This document shows positions 14,110-29,557 of a stretch of 64,000 nt of DNA, one piece after another (the stretch's first letter is position 1; the number at the start of each line of letters is the position of its first letter). The position numbers and the translations under genes were made by a program. The DNA is from the human T2T-CHM13v2.0 reference genome, Homo sapiens: assembly GCF_009914755.1 (NCBI RefSeq), contig NC_060926.1. One strand, written 5' to 3'. Under the pieces are notes generated by a model. The model had not been told where the DNA came from and made no database searches. It was given only the letters and a program-made list of their open reading frames with translations.

Positions 14110-14330
14110 GGGACATAGACATGGGCTCTGGAGCCTGATGATCACATCTGGCTCTGACATCGAGCCATGGGATCTCAGGCAAGTAAGTTACTTACCCCCC
14201 CACAAACCTAAGTTTTGATTTCTGTAAAATAGGAACGGTAACCATCGTTTTGCAGGGTTGTGGTGAGGAGTAAAGGTAGTACATGCCAATCACACCAGGT
14301 AGGGGGTGTTCCAAAAATGATAGTTCTTGC
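14110..14330 (+). mobile_element. MIR
   Basis: gggctctggagcc...ggcaagtaagttactt...tctgtaaaatagg...agggttgtggtgagga. Confidence 0.7.
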
Positions 14331-14518
14331 ACTACTGCCTTAACTAAAGACGGCCAGATGATTGATGGGAATCTTGTGGGCACTGGAGACATAAGTTGTC
14401 TGGTGCAGCCTTAGATGAGGAAGACTGAATTACGAGGTAGAAGCCATTATTAGCCTCATGTCTGTGCTGCATCTTCATTTTGCCCCTCTTCTTGTTTACT
14501 GTTATTCTCTAAGTGCTT

Positions 14519-14818
14519 GTTTTTGTTTTTGTTTTATGAGACAGAGTCTCACTCTGTTACTCAGGCTGGAGTGCAGCGGCATGAACATGGCTCACTGCAG
14601 CCTTGAACCCCCAGATTCAAGCAATCCTCCCACTTCAGCCTCCTGAGTAGCTGGGACCAGGTACACGCACCACCACGACTGGCTAATTTTTGTACGTTTT
14701 GTAGAGATGGGGTCTCGTCATGTTGCCCAGGCTAGTCTTGAACCCTGGGCTCAAGCAGTCCTCCTGCCTTGGCCTCCCAAGGTGCTGGGATTATAGGTGT
14801 GAGCCACCATGCCTGGCT
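14519..14818 (-). mobile_element. AluJ
   Basis: Antisense Alu with (TTTTG)n tail; TSD-like agtgctt. Confidence 0.92.
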
Positions 14819-16247
14819 TCTGAGTGCTTTAAGGGTATTCCGAGCTATCCAAGGTCCTCCAGCTCCAAAGAGCATGCCATCTGTGCCTTCGTAGGCTTCT
14901 CTTCTCACTGTTATTCCAACCAACCTTTCTCCTTGCTCAGCCAGCCTAACTAATGAATGAGGCTTCTGTGGTTGCGGTTGCTAAGGAATCCACCCTCCCA
15001 AATGTAGTTGCATCTTAGTGAGGACCTTTTACAGTCAAAATACCTGAATCCAGGTGTTTTCAACATTTTCACCATCTATTACACCTTTTATTATTCTCTC
15101 TCTTGTTGATGCTATATTTTGAAATGGATGTCTTCTCCCAAGGGTAGGATTTGTTTAATAAAATTAACTTTCCCACTTCATTAATTATAGGAATGGTTGC
15201 CATTAGGGCTTAACCCAAGAGCATGATACAGTCAATGTTACCACACAGAGTAAGTTAATTTCTGGCCAAAAGGAAAAAAAATTTGAAGTACTAATTAGCC
15301 TGTTTGTGATTCTGGCTGGGTTTGTTGTAATACAACAAATAATTCAAGTCCCATCACAACCTTTCTGAGGGGCACCCCTACCTGAACTCCCCCAAAAGCT
15401 GTCGCTTCAGGTAGAGGCCCTGGAGAGGACTGGTCCGTGAGTCCCTTACCTGGTAGGTGGTCCCTGTTTGACTGTTACCATTTCCAGCCCCTCTGCTTTC
15501 TCCTCACCAGAGCTGGCTTTTACCTGAGTTTATCTGGGCCTCAGAGTACAACGTAAACCGTGCAGAACGATGTTTCTAACTGTTCTACATACCTACACAT
15601 TACCACACATTCATAATTGGACTTGATTTGGCCATGAAATTCCTTAATTCTGACTACATGTTTTCTCCCACCCATGAGGTTTATAGGGGGAAGAACAACT
15701 CATTTAAATAGGCATCTCTTCCTCTGTTCTTTTTCCACCCTCTGCCCCCAAACCACCACTACCCTAGAAACCTCCCGCTGCCCCCCCAGGGCCTAGAGAA
15801 GGCCCTTTAAGGGGATAAGAAATGGTGCATTTTGTAGAAAGCAACCTCCAAGCTGAATTAGGTGAAAGAAGCCATTGTTCTTAACGCACATGGTCACCAG
15901 CCACAGGCCTGTAAAATAGGCTTAGATTCCTTCAGAAAAGGAGTCTCTTTGAGCAGCCTAGCCCCTTCTAACTAGGTGTACTATCTTCACCTCTTCTTGA
16001 CCCTCATGAAGTTGGTTTTCTGTCTACACATTTTTCTGCTTAGGCGGGAAAATATGGCTGGGGTGGGGAATCTCCGTTTCAGGGATGTAGTGCCAGAATT
16101 CTGAGCTGTCCAACATTTACCTTGCCCTACTCTCAGCATCCCTGTCTTCTTTGGGAAATCTCACTGTCTAGGTGGGAAGTAGGCTCCATGTTGTCTCTCT
16201 CCCACTACGGAGCCACCATGGAACAAACCCTTGAAAGAGACCCTGCC

Positions 16248-16472
16248 TCGAGAGCAGCCTGGCCAACGTGGTGAAACCTCGGCTCTACTAAAATACAAAC
16301 AAAATTAGCCGGGCATGGTGGCACACCTGTAATCCCAGCTACTCAGGAGGCTGAAGCAGGAGAATCGCTTGAGCCCAGGAGGCAGTTGCAGTGAGCCGAG
16401 ATTGCGCCACTGCACTCCAGCTTGAGCAACAAAGGGAGACTCCATCTCAAAAGAAAAAAAAAAAAAAAAAAA
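16248..16472 (+). mobile_element. 5'-truncated AluS
   Basis: Starts mid left arm; A-tail; TSD aaagagaccctgcc / aaagaagccctgcc. Confidence 0.92.
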
Positions 16473-16698
16473 GAAGCCCTGCCGAGCTGGTGCTCCTCCC
16501 AGACTCTTCAGCCAACCAAGCAAGGAGCTGTGGAGGTTGGAGAACAACAGCAGCAAGGCCTGTTTGTATTGCCTGGCCCTCCAGAGTACCCCTGGATCCT
16601 GCCTATTGTCCATGCTGGGTTCTCAACCCTCCCATCAATTCTATGATTCCCTGACTTCCTTCCAGTGAATTTCCTTTTTGCATAAGATGGTCTCAGTT

Positions 16699-16736
16699 GT
16701 TCCCACCCTGTCTAGTGGTTAGGGGAAAAAAAAGAA
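16699..16736 (+). pseudogene. Retroposed 5' fragment of tRNA-Glu with A-tail
   Basis: tcccaccctgtctagtggttagg versus tRNA-Glu(TTC) 5' end TCCCACATGGTCTAGCGGTTAGG (19/23, reference recalled); A-tail; perfect 15-bp TSD aagatggtctcagtt at 16684-16698 and 16737-16751. Confidence 0.7.
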
Positions 16737-17739
16737 AAGATGGTCTCAGTTTCTGATGACTACAGTCATGAACCCTAAATGATTGTGGTATTATCCTCAA
16801 GGCGAATGAATCTTCTGGACAAGTAGATATAATAATATCTATTATTAGTGCCTCTGTTGCCAACATTTTTGGCTCTGTATTCTGCTGTTTATTGCTCACT
16901 TAACTAAAAAGCTTCACATTCTAATACAATGAATTAGAATAAGATGGCTAGAGAAAGATCAGGACAATATCAGAGTAGGGAACAAACAATTCTAAAAGGG
17001 TCAAAGGGTCTAGTTGTGCAACCTATTTCTCAACATAGCACCTAAACATCATAATTATAGCATTTGGGGACAGCTAAAATGATTAATTTTCCAGAAAATA
17101 TCTGTTGTTTAATTACAGGATCATATGGGTCTTTTGGCAACGAACAGATCCCAAAACAGACTTTAAGCACCATCTTGAGAAACTTGTGATTTGCTTAGTG
17201 TGCTTTTAATTTAAAGCATATGGTTTCACATTCAACTGCAGTGTCCAAAATGAAGACATTAGCAATGAATCACTCTATTGGAGAAAACGCAGTGCTCCTG
17301 GACCAGGTCTTTTGGTCTGTGTATTCAAATGGTTCTGTTTAGAGGCATAAACACAAAGCAGCTCTGCCTGCTTCAGCCGGCTGTTCCTGGGATTCATGAG
17401 ACATCAAAGGGCCTCACGAACGAATTCCCCTGCAATGCACAGTGCTTGGCACCATGGCCTGCCTCCATCTGAATAAACAGAGTGCAGTTTGGTCACTGGA
17501 AACTACGATTAGAATGATTAGAAGGCCGAAAAGATCATTTATTTTGTGTGCAACTTTTCCTTTTTGAATCTCTCAGCCTTCCAGCTTAGTCTGACACTTC
17601 ATGGCCCTTGGGGAATCCAGCTATCCTGTGTGGAAATTCAGAACTGCAGCCTTTATACTAAGAACCATGCTATGGCTACAGGCCACAGACCCGAGTCCAT
17701 TGAGACCACATGTGGTCTACCTGCTGGTGAGGGATGGCA

Positions 17740-17990
17740 GTAAGGACACAGAGTGTAGTTGTAAGGATGTGGGCTCTGGACTTACATGGCCCAAATTTGT
17801 ATGAACAAGCCATTTCCTAGTTATGTGAACTTGGGTTAAGGGGTCCTGGGCTTCAGTTTCAGAATCTATAAAATGGTAATAACAGTACAAATCTTTCAGA
17901 GTTGTTACGGGAATTAAATGAAATTACCCATGTCCAGAGCTAAGCTAAGAATCTAGTACCTCGTAAGCTATAAAACTATAGTTAACCATT
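17740..17990 (+). mobile_element. MIR
   Basis: gtagttgtaaggatgtgggctctgga...tatgtgaacttggg...tcagtttcagaatctataaaatgg...gaattaaatga. Confidence 0.7.
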
Positions 17991-18566
17991 ATTGTAATTC
18001 TAATTACAATTATTATTAGAAATAGGTCCTTCCTCTTTGCCTCAAGTCCTTTCATGCCTCTGTTTAAATTCAATGCACATTTAATGAAGTGCCTACTGCA
18101 GGTCAGGCCCAGTGTGTTAGATACATACTTCTCAGAGTGCTGTATGGCTTGAAAAATAGCTTTTGTGTTTCTCTGTTCATTTTCTTCAGTGTTTCCACCC
18201 ATCCTGTCTTCATTTCACCCTACAAGACATTCTCCCTCACTCCTCATTGTGTTCCTAGTCATTCTCTATCTCTGTACCACCCAGTAGTAAGGACTACATC
18301 AAGCTAAAGCATAGAATACTGTTCGTACTGGTAGCACCCATTTGACAATACTCCAGGCAGTTACATCAAAGGAGAGGCATTTCAGAAGGTGTATACAATC
18401 TGTTTTATTTTCCAAAGAGAGCTCTGGGTAGAAAATCTATTACTCCCCAAGATTTGTAGTAGCTCTTTACATATTAGGCACAGTAATCTGTTGTCAAATA
18501 TAGCTGTTACAAGTATTTTCTTTCTATTTATCATTTGTTTGTTTTTACCGTTAAAAGGGTTTTTTT

Positions 18567-18875
<309 letters not shown>

Positions 18876-19207
18876 TTAGAGTGCTTGCCCTTAGTCTCAG
18901 GCTTAGAAAAATCTTTCCCACCTTGTGATTAAATATTCACCCATATTTGCTTTTATCATTTTTTAAATTTTTTAATATTTAGATTTAATACAAATATCCT
19001 TAAAATGTTTATCTTTATCTAGGATTTATCTAGAAAAAATTATTAAATTCATAAGTCAGCCATAATTGTTGATTATTTTCCCTTCCTGGAGATCTTGCCT
19101 TGCTTCTTATGGCAGTGATGGCTCTGGGAAGGCACTAATGAAGGAATGCAAAAATGGTCCACTGGATGTAAACAATAGAGAACTCTGAAGATAAGCCCTT
19201 CCTTGTT

Positions 19208-21465
19208 GTTGTTTTTTTTTTTTAACTCTGCAATTATTAGTTTATTAGTATCTTCTAGGACTCAGATGTTCAGTATTCCTCCTGAAATTACATAAACAAA
19301 TCCAAATGGAAATAATCCAAGTCAAAATTACATAACAAAACAACACTCCATCACAAAAGCACGTAAAATTATAAGAACGCTATTTTAGAATACTGGCACT
19401 TCAAGAAAACAATAATCTCGAAAACCACAAAATTGCCAAATTGTTCCCTAAACTGCTAGGCAGATAAACGTGACTAATGAATGAGTTTGGGTTTTGTAAA
19501 GAAAAATCATTCAAATAAATTGAATAATTCATACTGAAATGCAAAGTTTAAGTGTCTTCCTTCCTCTGATCTACTTGGATTTATAAAGGGGCAAACCATA
19601 ATATGGGAAAATATACCCTATTTTAAAAGCTGGCCCAATTAATTAAAAATACTTTTAATGGAAAGTCTCATTTCCTGAGCAGTCCATATTTAGATAAATG
19701 GGAAAAGACATCTATAGCCAGCATTTTCATAGTCTTCACTGAGACTAATGTCCACAAAAAATTTAATTTGGCAGTCTTATATTCTAAGCTCATGCTTTTG
19801 GTGATACATTCTCAGGTCTTCTTTAATGTGGGAACTGCAAAATATCACTGCCATTACATGGTAATGGGAGTTAAAGAATAGAGTCCTCATGTAAAGGATA
19901 AAGCATACTTTTCTATTAGTCCTTTAAGGACAGACTTTGAAAATGTTTGCTTCTAATAATCCCATGCTGTGAGTAGATTGATTACTTATCAGTTTGTAAA
20001 TATAAGTGGGCTATGCGAAATTTCTTAACTGATCAAGATTTTGGATTTTCAGTTACAGATGAAAACTGTCTCAACTTAACTTTACCCCCATTATGATATG
20101 CAGGGTGCATAGACAAAAGCTTTTTATTAGCTAACTATATGAAAGGATAAACACTGTAATAATTCATGTGATTCAAAATGGGCAAAAGCTTCCCCTCAAG
20201 AAGAAAAATTTCAGACCTATGAAAACGACAACAATACTAATAAAAAAATTGTATTTACTTCGAAGCATTCAGAATGTCAACAAAACAGCTGCCACTTTTT
20301 ATTTTGTAATTACAGAGTGGTATTCAGTTAACAGAACAACAATTATTTCATATAAGCTGCATCAGAGACAACTAAAGATGAAAAACTACCATCCCCATAT
20401 ATAACTAATTTGTGCTGTGCACCAACAAGAACCTGCTTTAAATTTCCATGCCAGTTTATAACCCCCATACTGTACCAGGCAAGGTTAGTGGCTATTGAAA
20501 ATACCACCAGGACAGGGCTATCTAAAGACACATTTGGTAGTGTGTTAACTGTACAAAAAAAGACACTGTACAGTGTAAAAACAAATCTTACACAGCCTTA
20601 CATTTTAATTTTTTTATTTAAAAGGAGTGAGTTGTGTACAGGGGGGTTAAATGCTTTATAGACAAGGAAAAAAACTAGGCTAGAACCAACTTATTCATCA
20701 TCATCTTCTTCATCTTCCTCCTCATAATCCTCTTCATCTTCTGTCCTCCTCTTCCTTCTTTTTCTTGCTTTTTTCAGCCTTGACAACTCCCTTTTTTGCT
20801 GCATCAGGCTTTCCTTTAGCTCGATATGTAGCTGTATCCTTTTTGTATTTTTCCTTCAGCTTTGCAGCCTTCTTTTCACAAAGCTGCTTGTCATCTGCAA
20901 AAGTGTTATTCCACATCTCTACCAGTTTCTTTGCAACATCGCTAATAGGCAGGCCAGGATGCTCTCCTTTGATTTTTGGGCAATACTCAGAGCAGAACAG
21001 CAAAAAGGCCGAAGGAGGCCTCTTGGGTGCATTGGAATCCTCGAACTTCTTTTTTGTCTCCCCTTTAGGAGGGATATAGGTTTTCATTTCTCTTTCATAA
21101 CGGTCTTTGTCCACCTTTGCCATATCTTCAAATTTTCCTTTATCTTTAGCAGACATGGCCTTCCACCTCTCTGAGCACTTCTTAGAAAACTCTGAGAAGT
21201 TGACTGAGGCATCTGGGTGCTTCTTCTTACACTCCTCCCGACAAGTTTGCACAAAAAATGCATATGATGACATTTTGCCTCTCGGCTTCTTAGGGTCTCC
21301 TTTGCCCATGTTGAGTTATTTTTCCTCAGCGAGGCACACAGTCACCCAGTGCCCGTCCGGCTCTCACTTGCCCCGGCACTGTCTCTGTGGAGCTCAATGT
21401 ACTGCAGTGGCTGTGAGAGTGGGAGCCGGGCATAGCCTCCTCACCCTCTCCACTCTGTAACATTA
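19208..21465 (-). pseudogene. HMGB1 processed pseudogene: 5'UTR, intronless CDS, long 3'UTR, polyA remnant
   Basis: HMGB1 5'UTR and CDS without introns; AATAAA (tttatt 19241-19246) just before the T-tract 19208-19223; TSD ccttccttgtt at 19197-19207 and 21467-21477. Possibly HMGB1P4 (unverified). Confidence 0.95.
20734..21309 (-). pseudogene. Open 191-aa HMGB1-like frame (HMG box A and B, no acidic tail)
   Basis: [19 protein letters not shown]...; about 18 substitutions versus HMGB1 as recalled; frameshift after KKKKEEE. Confidence 0.9.
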
Positions 21466-21865
21466 ACCTTCCTTGTTTTTATATAGTTTAATGATTTGTA
21501 GCAATATACTTTAATAGCTTAGCCTTTTAATTTGGGTTTTCTGCTGCACTTATAACAAAGTTTTGAATGCAGAGTGAATCACTGTTAATAGGATTTGTCT
21601 TCTCAAGTGTGCTAGGGCAGGAAAAAAAGTTAAATTCACTCTTAGGTCCTTTTTACTTTTTGCTTCTGCTGTTCCCATTCCAGCCAAGGCTTTCCTCACC
21701 TCAGTTGGACTATTATAATGTCCTTTTTGATTCTCTTCTTTCCCTCTCTCCTCTAAATTATTCTGCATGCCACTGCCAATTACTATATGTCATCCTCCTG
21801 ATCAGAAGCTCCAGCGTCTCCCCAGAGCCCATGGGATAAAAGACAAAATCTTTAAGAATGACTTC

Positions 21866-22191
<326 letters not shown>

Positions 22192-22912
22192 TCATAAACT
22201 TTATTTTCCTAAAATCTCCACTTCCCTGCCCCTGAAATCAGTGGTGATACTAGGGGAAGGCCTGTGGGCACTTTAAGCACCCTCAGAATACGTTACTTAG
22301 GTCCATGAAATCCACGCCCCCCCAACCCCATAGAAGTCTTAGTATTGTTTGAAGTGGAAAATATTAATTGTCCATATAAGTGTGAAGGAAAGCATCTTTA
22401 GGAAACATTGCTATTTTGAAAAAAATCTAGTGGCATATTATCTAAGAAAATACAAAATACTATGCATTTGCTATATAAGCCATTTGATAGCCCATAAAAT
22501 ATTTATTTTATTCTAAAAGATTGTTTTTCTAAACGTCTTAAAACTTTCGTATTTTTTTCTCTTCTCATTATTCCTGTGGCATTGATTAGTGTCACTGATA
22601 TCCCCAGATTTCATAGATGAAGGAGTCACACAAACATCAGCCACCTTTTTTTTACTACAAAACAGGAAAACAGTAGTTATTCCCAATCCAACAGTCTTTG
22701 GGATTTAGGATGACAGTTGTCTACTTCATATTGGTTAAAGGTTTTGTGTGTTTTTAGGCAAAGGTTTTGTGTAATCATTCAAGAAAATTTTTGGTTTGGT
22801 TTTAAAATGCTTAGGAAAACATAAATATTCATCAGTAGAAACTTGTTAACATAATGGCACATCCATAAAATGGAATACTATGGAACCATGAATAAGAATG
22901 ACATAGCTGTAT

Positions 22913-23259
22913 CATCATGGACCACATAACAATGTTGTGATCAACAATGAACCACATATAGGATGGTGGTCCCGTAAGATTATAATACCATATTTTTGCT
23001 GTACCTTTTCTAAGTTTACATATGTTTAGATACACAATTTTTTACCACTGTGTTATAATTGCCTACAGTATTTTGTACAGGAACATGCTATACAGGTTTG
23101 TAGCCTAAAAACAACACATTATACCATATAGCTTAGGTGTCTGATAGACTATACCATCTATGTTTGTGTAAGTACACTATAGGTTATTCCAATGAAGACA
23201 AAATTGTCTAGTGGCACATTTCTCAGAACATATCCTTGTTGTTAAGCGATGCTTGACTT
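22913..23259 (+). mobile_element. Tigger3a/MER7A non-autonomous element within an L1ME 3' remnant
   Basis: Both ends present (catcatggaccacataacaatg...ggtggtcccgtaagattataata; tttctcagaacatatccttgttgttaagcgatgcttgact), ~350 bp. Confidence 0.85.
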
Positions 23260-24109
23260 TATGCAAAAGCCTCCATGTTATATTGAAATATGAAAAAAGC
23301 AAAGCACAGAGTGTGTAAATATGCTCACATTTGAGGGTTTTGTTTTTATTTTTATTTTTGTTTTACAGGCAGGAGATGTAGCCTTAGAATTGTATGTATA
23401 TAGAATAGTTCACACAAGGTAGTGATGGCAACAGTTTCCTCTGGAGCAAGGGCTAGGGTTCTGGGGAGGACTTATTTATTCTATAATCTTTTGTGCTATT
23501 TAACTTTTTTTCTTTACCTAAAGTGTGTGAATTTTTTCAATTAAAACTGTTAATTAAACATTTTAAAAATAAAATTTATAATGAAATTTTACCCTCATTT
23601 AATGACCCTTAAGCTAAGAGGGAAGTGAACTGTATCAACAGATACAGAAGCCAAATAGGTCAGCACTTCTGAGTTAGAGAGGAACAATAATTCTTTCTGA
23701 AATAAAAGAACATTCTTCAGTGACTGCATATCATTCAGAACTTAAGCAACAAAAAAAGACAAAGTAGGGATAGAAAAGCTATAATAATTAAAGCAACCCA
23801 AACAATTTCCTTCCAGAAATGTGGGAAAAGAAAGAAGAGAAGGTGACCCTTAAGGAACATGGTATTTCAGAAAGAGGCCACACAATGCAGTTGTGCACAT
23901 GTATAGCAAGTTAGCTAGTTCTCAAGTCTCCATTTTTGCTGATGGTAGAAAACAATCTGGTAGCTTCCAGGTAAACTCAGTCACTTCCAGGATTTTTCAC
24001 AGTCTCTCTTTAACATAAACACTCAGTTAATTTAGGCTTCTCCTCCCTCACCCTTCTTCTCTTATCCCCTTCTTAGCCAAATTTTAAAACATTTTTTACT
24101 GTACCTGTT

Positions 24110-25740
<1,631 letters not shown>

Positions 25741-25819
25741 CTGTGGATTTAGGAATGCGTAAATATTTGCAACATTTTCTCTAACTCTGCTATGATGTTC
25801 CTTATAAAAATAAAATACA

Positions 25820-26157
<338 letters not shown>

Positions 26158-26334
26158 TTAATAAGTAATTATCATCTGGGAGGAAAAGCATTCATGAGTA
26201 GAAACTTATATTCCTATTTTCTCAGTTATAATAAGTCAAATTGTATGAGATTGTTGCTATTAGATAGTTTGTTACTACCAAACAACAATTTCAAAAGGTA
26301 CAAACTAATAAAGTGTACATATTTAGTTTAAGCT

Positions 26335-26730
26335 GTAGTATCAGTTGGGATAGATTAGATTATGATGCAGAAATAAACAATCCCCACAACTTCGTGGCTT
26401 ACAGCCACAAAGGTTTCTTTCGCATTTGTGCTATACTACATGGGTCAGCTGCGGCTCTGCTCTGTGTCCTCTTCACTCCAGACCCCAGGCTGATATAGCA
26501 GTTTTCATCTAGATCATCCTGGGGGTTATGGCAGAGACTTGGCAAACCACACTCTAGTTTCTATCTACAAAGACACATACCCTTTTGGCCCACATTTCAC
26601 TGGCCAAAGGAAGTTTCATGACCATTCCTGAATTCAGCAGTGTAGAGAAGTGAATCTTTCTGCTGGGAGAGGCACTTCAGGGATAGGAACACAAATATTT
26701 AGTGTAAAAGTAATACAGTCTATCACAGTT
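26335..26730 (-). mobile_element. MLT1 (MaLR) LTR
   Basis: tatcagttgggatagattagattatgatgcagaaataaacaatcccc...cccacatttcactggccaaag. Confidence 0.65.
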
Positions 26731-27213
26731 AGCCTGAGCAGCTACTGTTTTCACCTGGTAATAGCTAGCTACATTTTAGTTATTAATATATATCCTAGCA
26801 GTAAATAGGACTAGGCTTATGCCATTTAGCCTATTCATAAATGCAATATTATGTGGTAAAAATACCTACATTAGTGTTCTGACCTGTATTTAGCATTTTA
26901 TAATAATGTAGGTTTCTTTTATTTAGTAGACGCTCTAGGTAAAGGAACAAAGCTTGTAGAAATCAGGAATTCTAAAGTATAATAGAAATCCCTCTGCTTT
27001 GCTTGTTGATTTGAAAGATATGTTTTGTGAAGGAGAAGTAATATAATTAGGGGTCACTGACTTTCGATGTTCTGTTTTAAGTTTGTACACTTTTAAGGAT
27101 ACCTATAGACAAAATCCAGAAATGCTTATGAAGTTGCCTGAAATTTGGGGACAGGTACACTTCTGGAGGTTTCCTATTCTAAGTTAATTCCGTGATGTAA
27201 AGAATAGTTACAG

Positions 27214-27291
27214 GCGAGGCGGAGGTTGCAGTGAGCCAAGATTGGGCCACTGCACTACAGCCTAGGTGACAGCATGAGACTCCGTCTCAAA
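27214..27291 (+). mobile_element. Severely 5'-truncated Alu (~75 bp of the 3' end)
   Basis: TSD aaagaatagttacag at 27199-27213 and 27292-27306. Confidence 0.92.
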
Positions 27292-27748
27292 AAAGAATAG
27301 TTACAGACGTCAGAATGGTTTGGGAGCATATGGGTTCTGGGGTAATTTTATTACTTACTTGCTATGTACCTTCTCTTTCTACAAGATACAGATATTTATA
27401 TGTAAGTGCCACAGACTTCTGAGTACAGTTCATGGGCAACAAAAGAACTGATAATCAATTAATAGACATTAAAAGGATGGTGCTTTGTAAGCATTACTTT
27501 GACTTCCCAGTGGGATTATACAAGATTGAAGGATCCAAAAGGCAACCAAGAGAAGTTCCCATTAATGATAAACAGCATTTCTCTTATCCCCTCCTTTGCT
27601 TCTCCAGAGGTGGCACTTCAGATTCTTGTTACCGTTTACATGTCCTTTGCATAGATGTGCTCAGAACAACATCACCCAATAGGAAAAAAAAAAACATACA
27701 ACTTTGCTCGTGGTCCCAGTATGCTTCAGCTGGCTTATTCAAGCCCAA

Positions 27749-27785
<37 letters not shown>

Positions 27786-27802
27786 GAGTATGTGTGTGTG
27801 TG
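27749..27802. repeat. Compound (GA)n(GACA)n(TG)n microsatellite
   Basis: Directly visible. Confidence 0.9.
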
Positions 27803-28619
27803 TTTCAGCACTTCCAGCCTCTCATGAAATTAACCATTGATCTAAAACTGAGAGATGCAAATCCAGAGAAAACTGGAAGCAGTCCAGGGCCCACAATATA
27901 AAGTTAATTACCTAAGGAAAACTACAAGAAAGACTTTTGTTTTCCATCAAAATCTCCTCCCCAGGCTGTTAGCTATGTCGTACATAGGCCCAATCGATAT
28001 ATTAGCGCTTGAGAACCAAAGTCCCTTGGAATAAATTAATCTGTCAGGGAAAGAAATAAACAAAGAACAAGTTAACATGTTTTAAGACATTGCTTAAATT
28101 TTCATAAATACAGACCTTGAGATGGGATGATGAGTTCCCAGGAGCCAAAGCTAATATTTGGTTGTAATTAAGAGTTGCTCTTTCATGTTTCTTCTGATGT
28201 AGGTGGGAAATCACCCACGTGCTTGCTGATTTCCTTGCCCATGTTCCTTCACAAATGCCACTGTTTACTTCATTAATGAGAAATAGATGCCTCACACATT
28301 ATACTGGCATACTTAGCTTGTTTCACCTCTAGCTAACATTAACATAATGGAAAACTGTACACAAATATACACACTCACACATATACATACCACACACACA
28401 CGTACATGTCATACAAGCAGGTATTCCTTCAGGAATCGCCATACATTTTTAGTGGCTCAAAAGGACCTAATGGCCTAATACATGATGTACTAGACCCATC
28501 CAAGATGTTCATAACTCAGACCTCTGTTGCTAACAATCCCTATGTGCCCTTCACTGTGTGCAGGTGTGGAGGGAAATTGCTGATGATTAGCAGGAAGAGA
28601 GACAACTATGTAAGTTACT

Positions 28620-29110
28620 TATGTGTAAGGACTCATTTAAATACAAGAACCAGAAAAAAAATCTATCTCAAACTAGCGTAGACCAAAAGACAATTTATTG
28701 GGGTCCAATGATGTCATTAGGCTGCTGTTTCTTTCTCCCTATGGTTCAATGCTGCTTATTCTCAGCAGGTGACATTATCAGTGCTGGTAAGGTGGCCACT
28801 GCCAGCCCTGAGCCTATATCCATGAAGTAGAACTCAAGATCCCGAAAGACAAAGGGCTGTTCCTCTTCCAGTGTCCATATCTCAGATCTCCTAGAGGAAC
28901 TTCAGCCCTGCCTGGGTCCTGTGCCCACTCTTGAACTAATATTAATCACTCTGGGTGGGGAAAGGGGGGCCAGGCCCTGGCCATGTGTTCAAATTGATTT
29001 GGAAAGAGGCAGACTGGGGAGATCAGCCACATCCAAATGCCTGCAAAGGAAAGAGAAGACTCTCACCACAGCAGAGGGGTAGAGATGTTAGACAGGTCAA
29101 ACAACCAATG
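28620..29110 (-). mobile_element. MLT1 (MaLR) LTR, old subfamily
   Basis: aggactc...cagaaaa...ctcaaactagcgtagaccaaaagacaatttattgg; gggtcctgtgcccactcttgaac. Confidence 0.55.
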
Positions 29111-29135
29111 CCCACCTCAAGAATTTTATTTCCAA

Positions 29136-29557
<422 letters not shown>

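Larger units (their letters stand above)
16080..16785 (+). mobile_element. Old ERVL-type LTR (LTR33/LTR16-like) carrying two later insertions
   Basis: U5-like end ttcctttttgcataag...gtttctgatgactacagtcatgaaccctaaatga; family and left boundary uncertain. Confidence 0.45.

Noticed and set aside
15775-15795. Possible CTCF site (gctgcccccccagggcc)
   Set aside because: Lacks the conserved AG core position; more likely just a C-run
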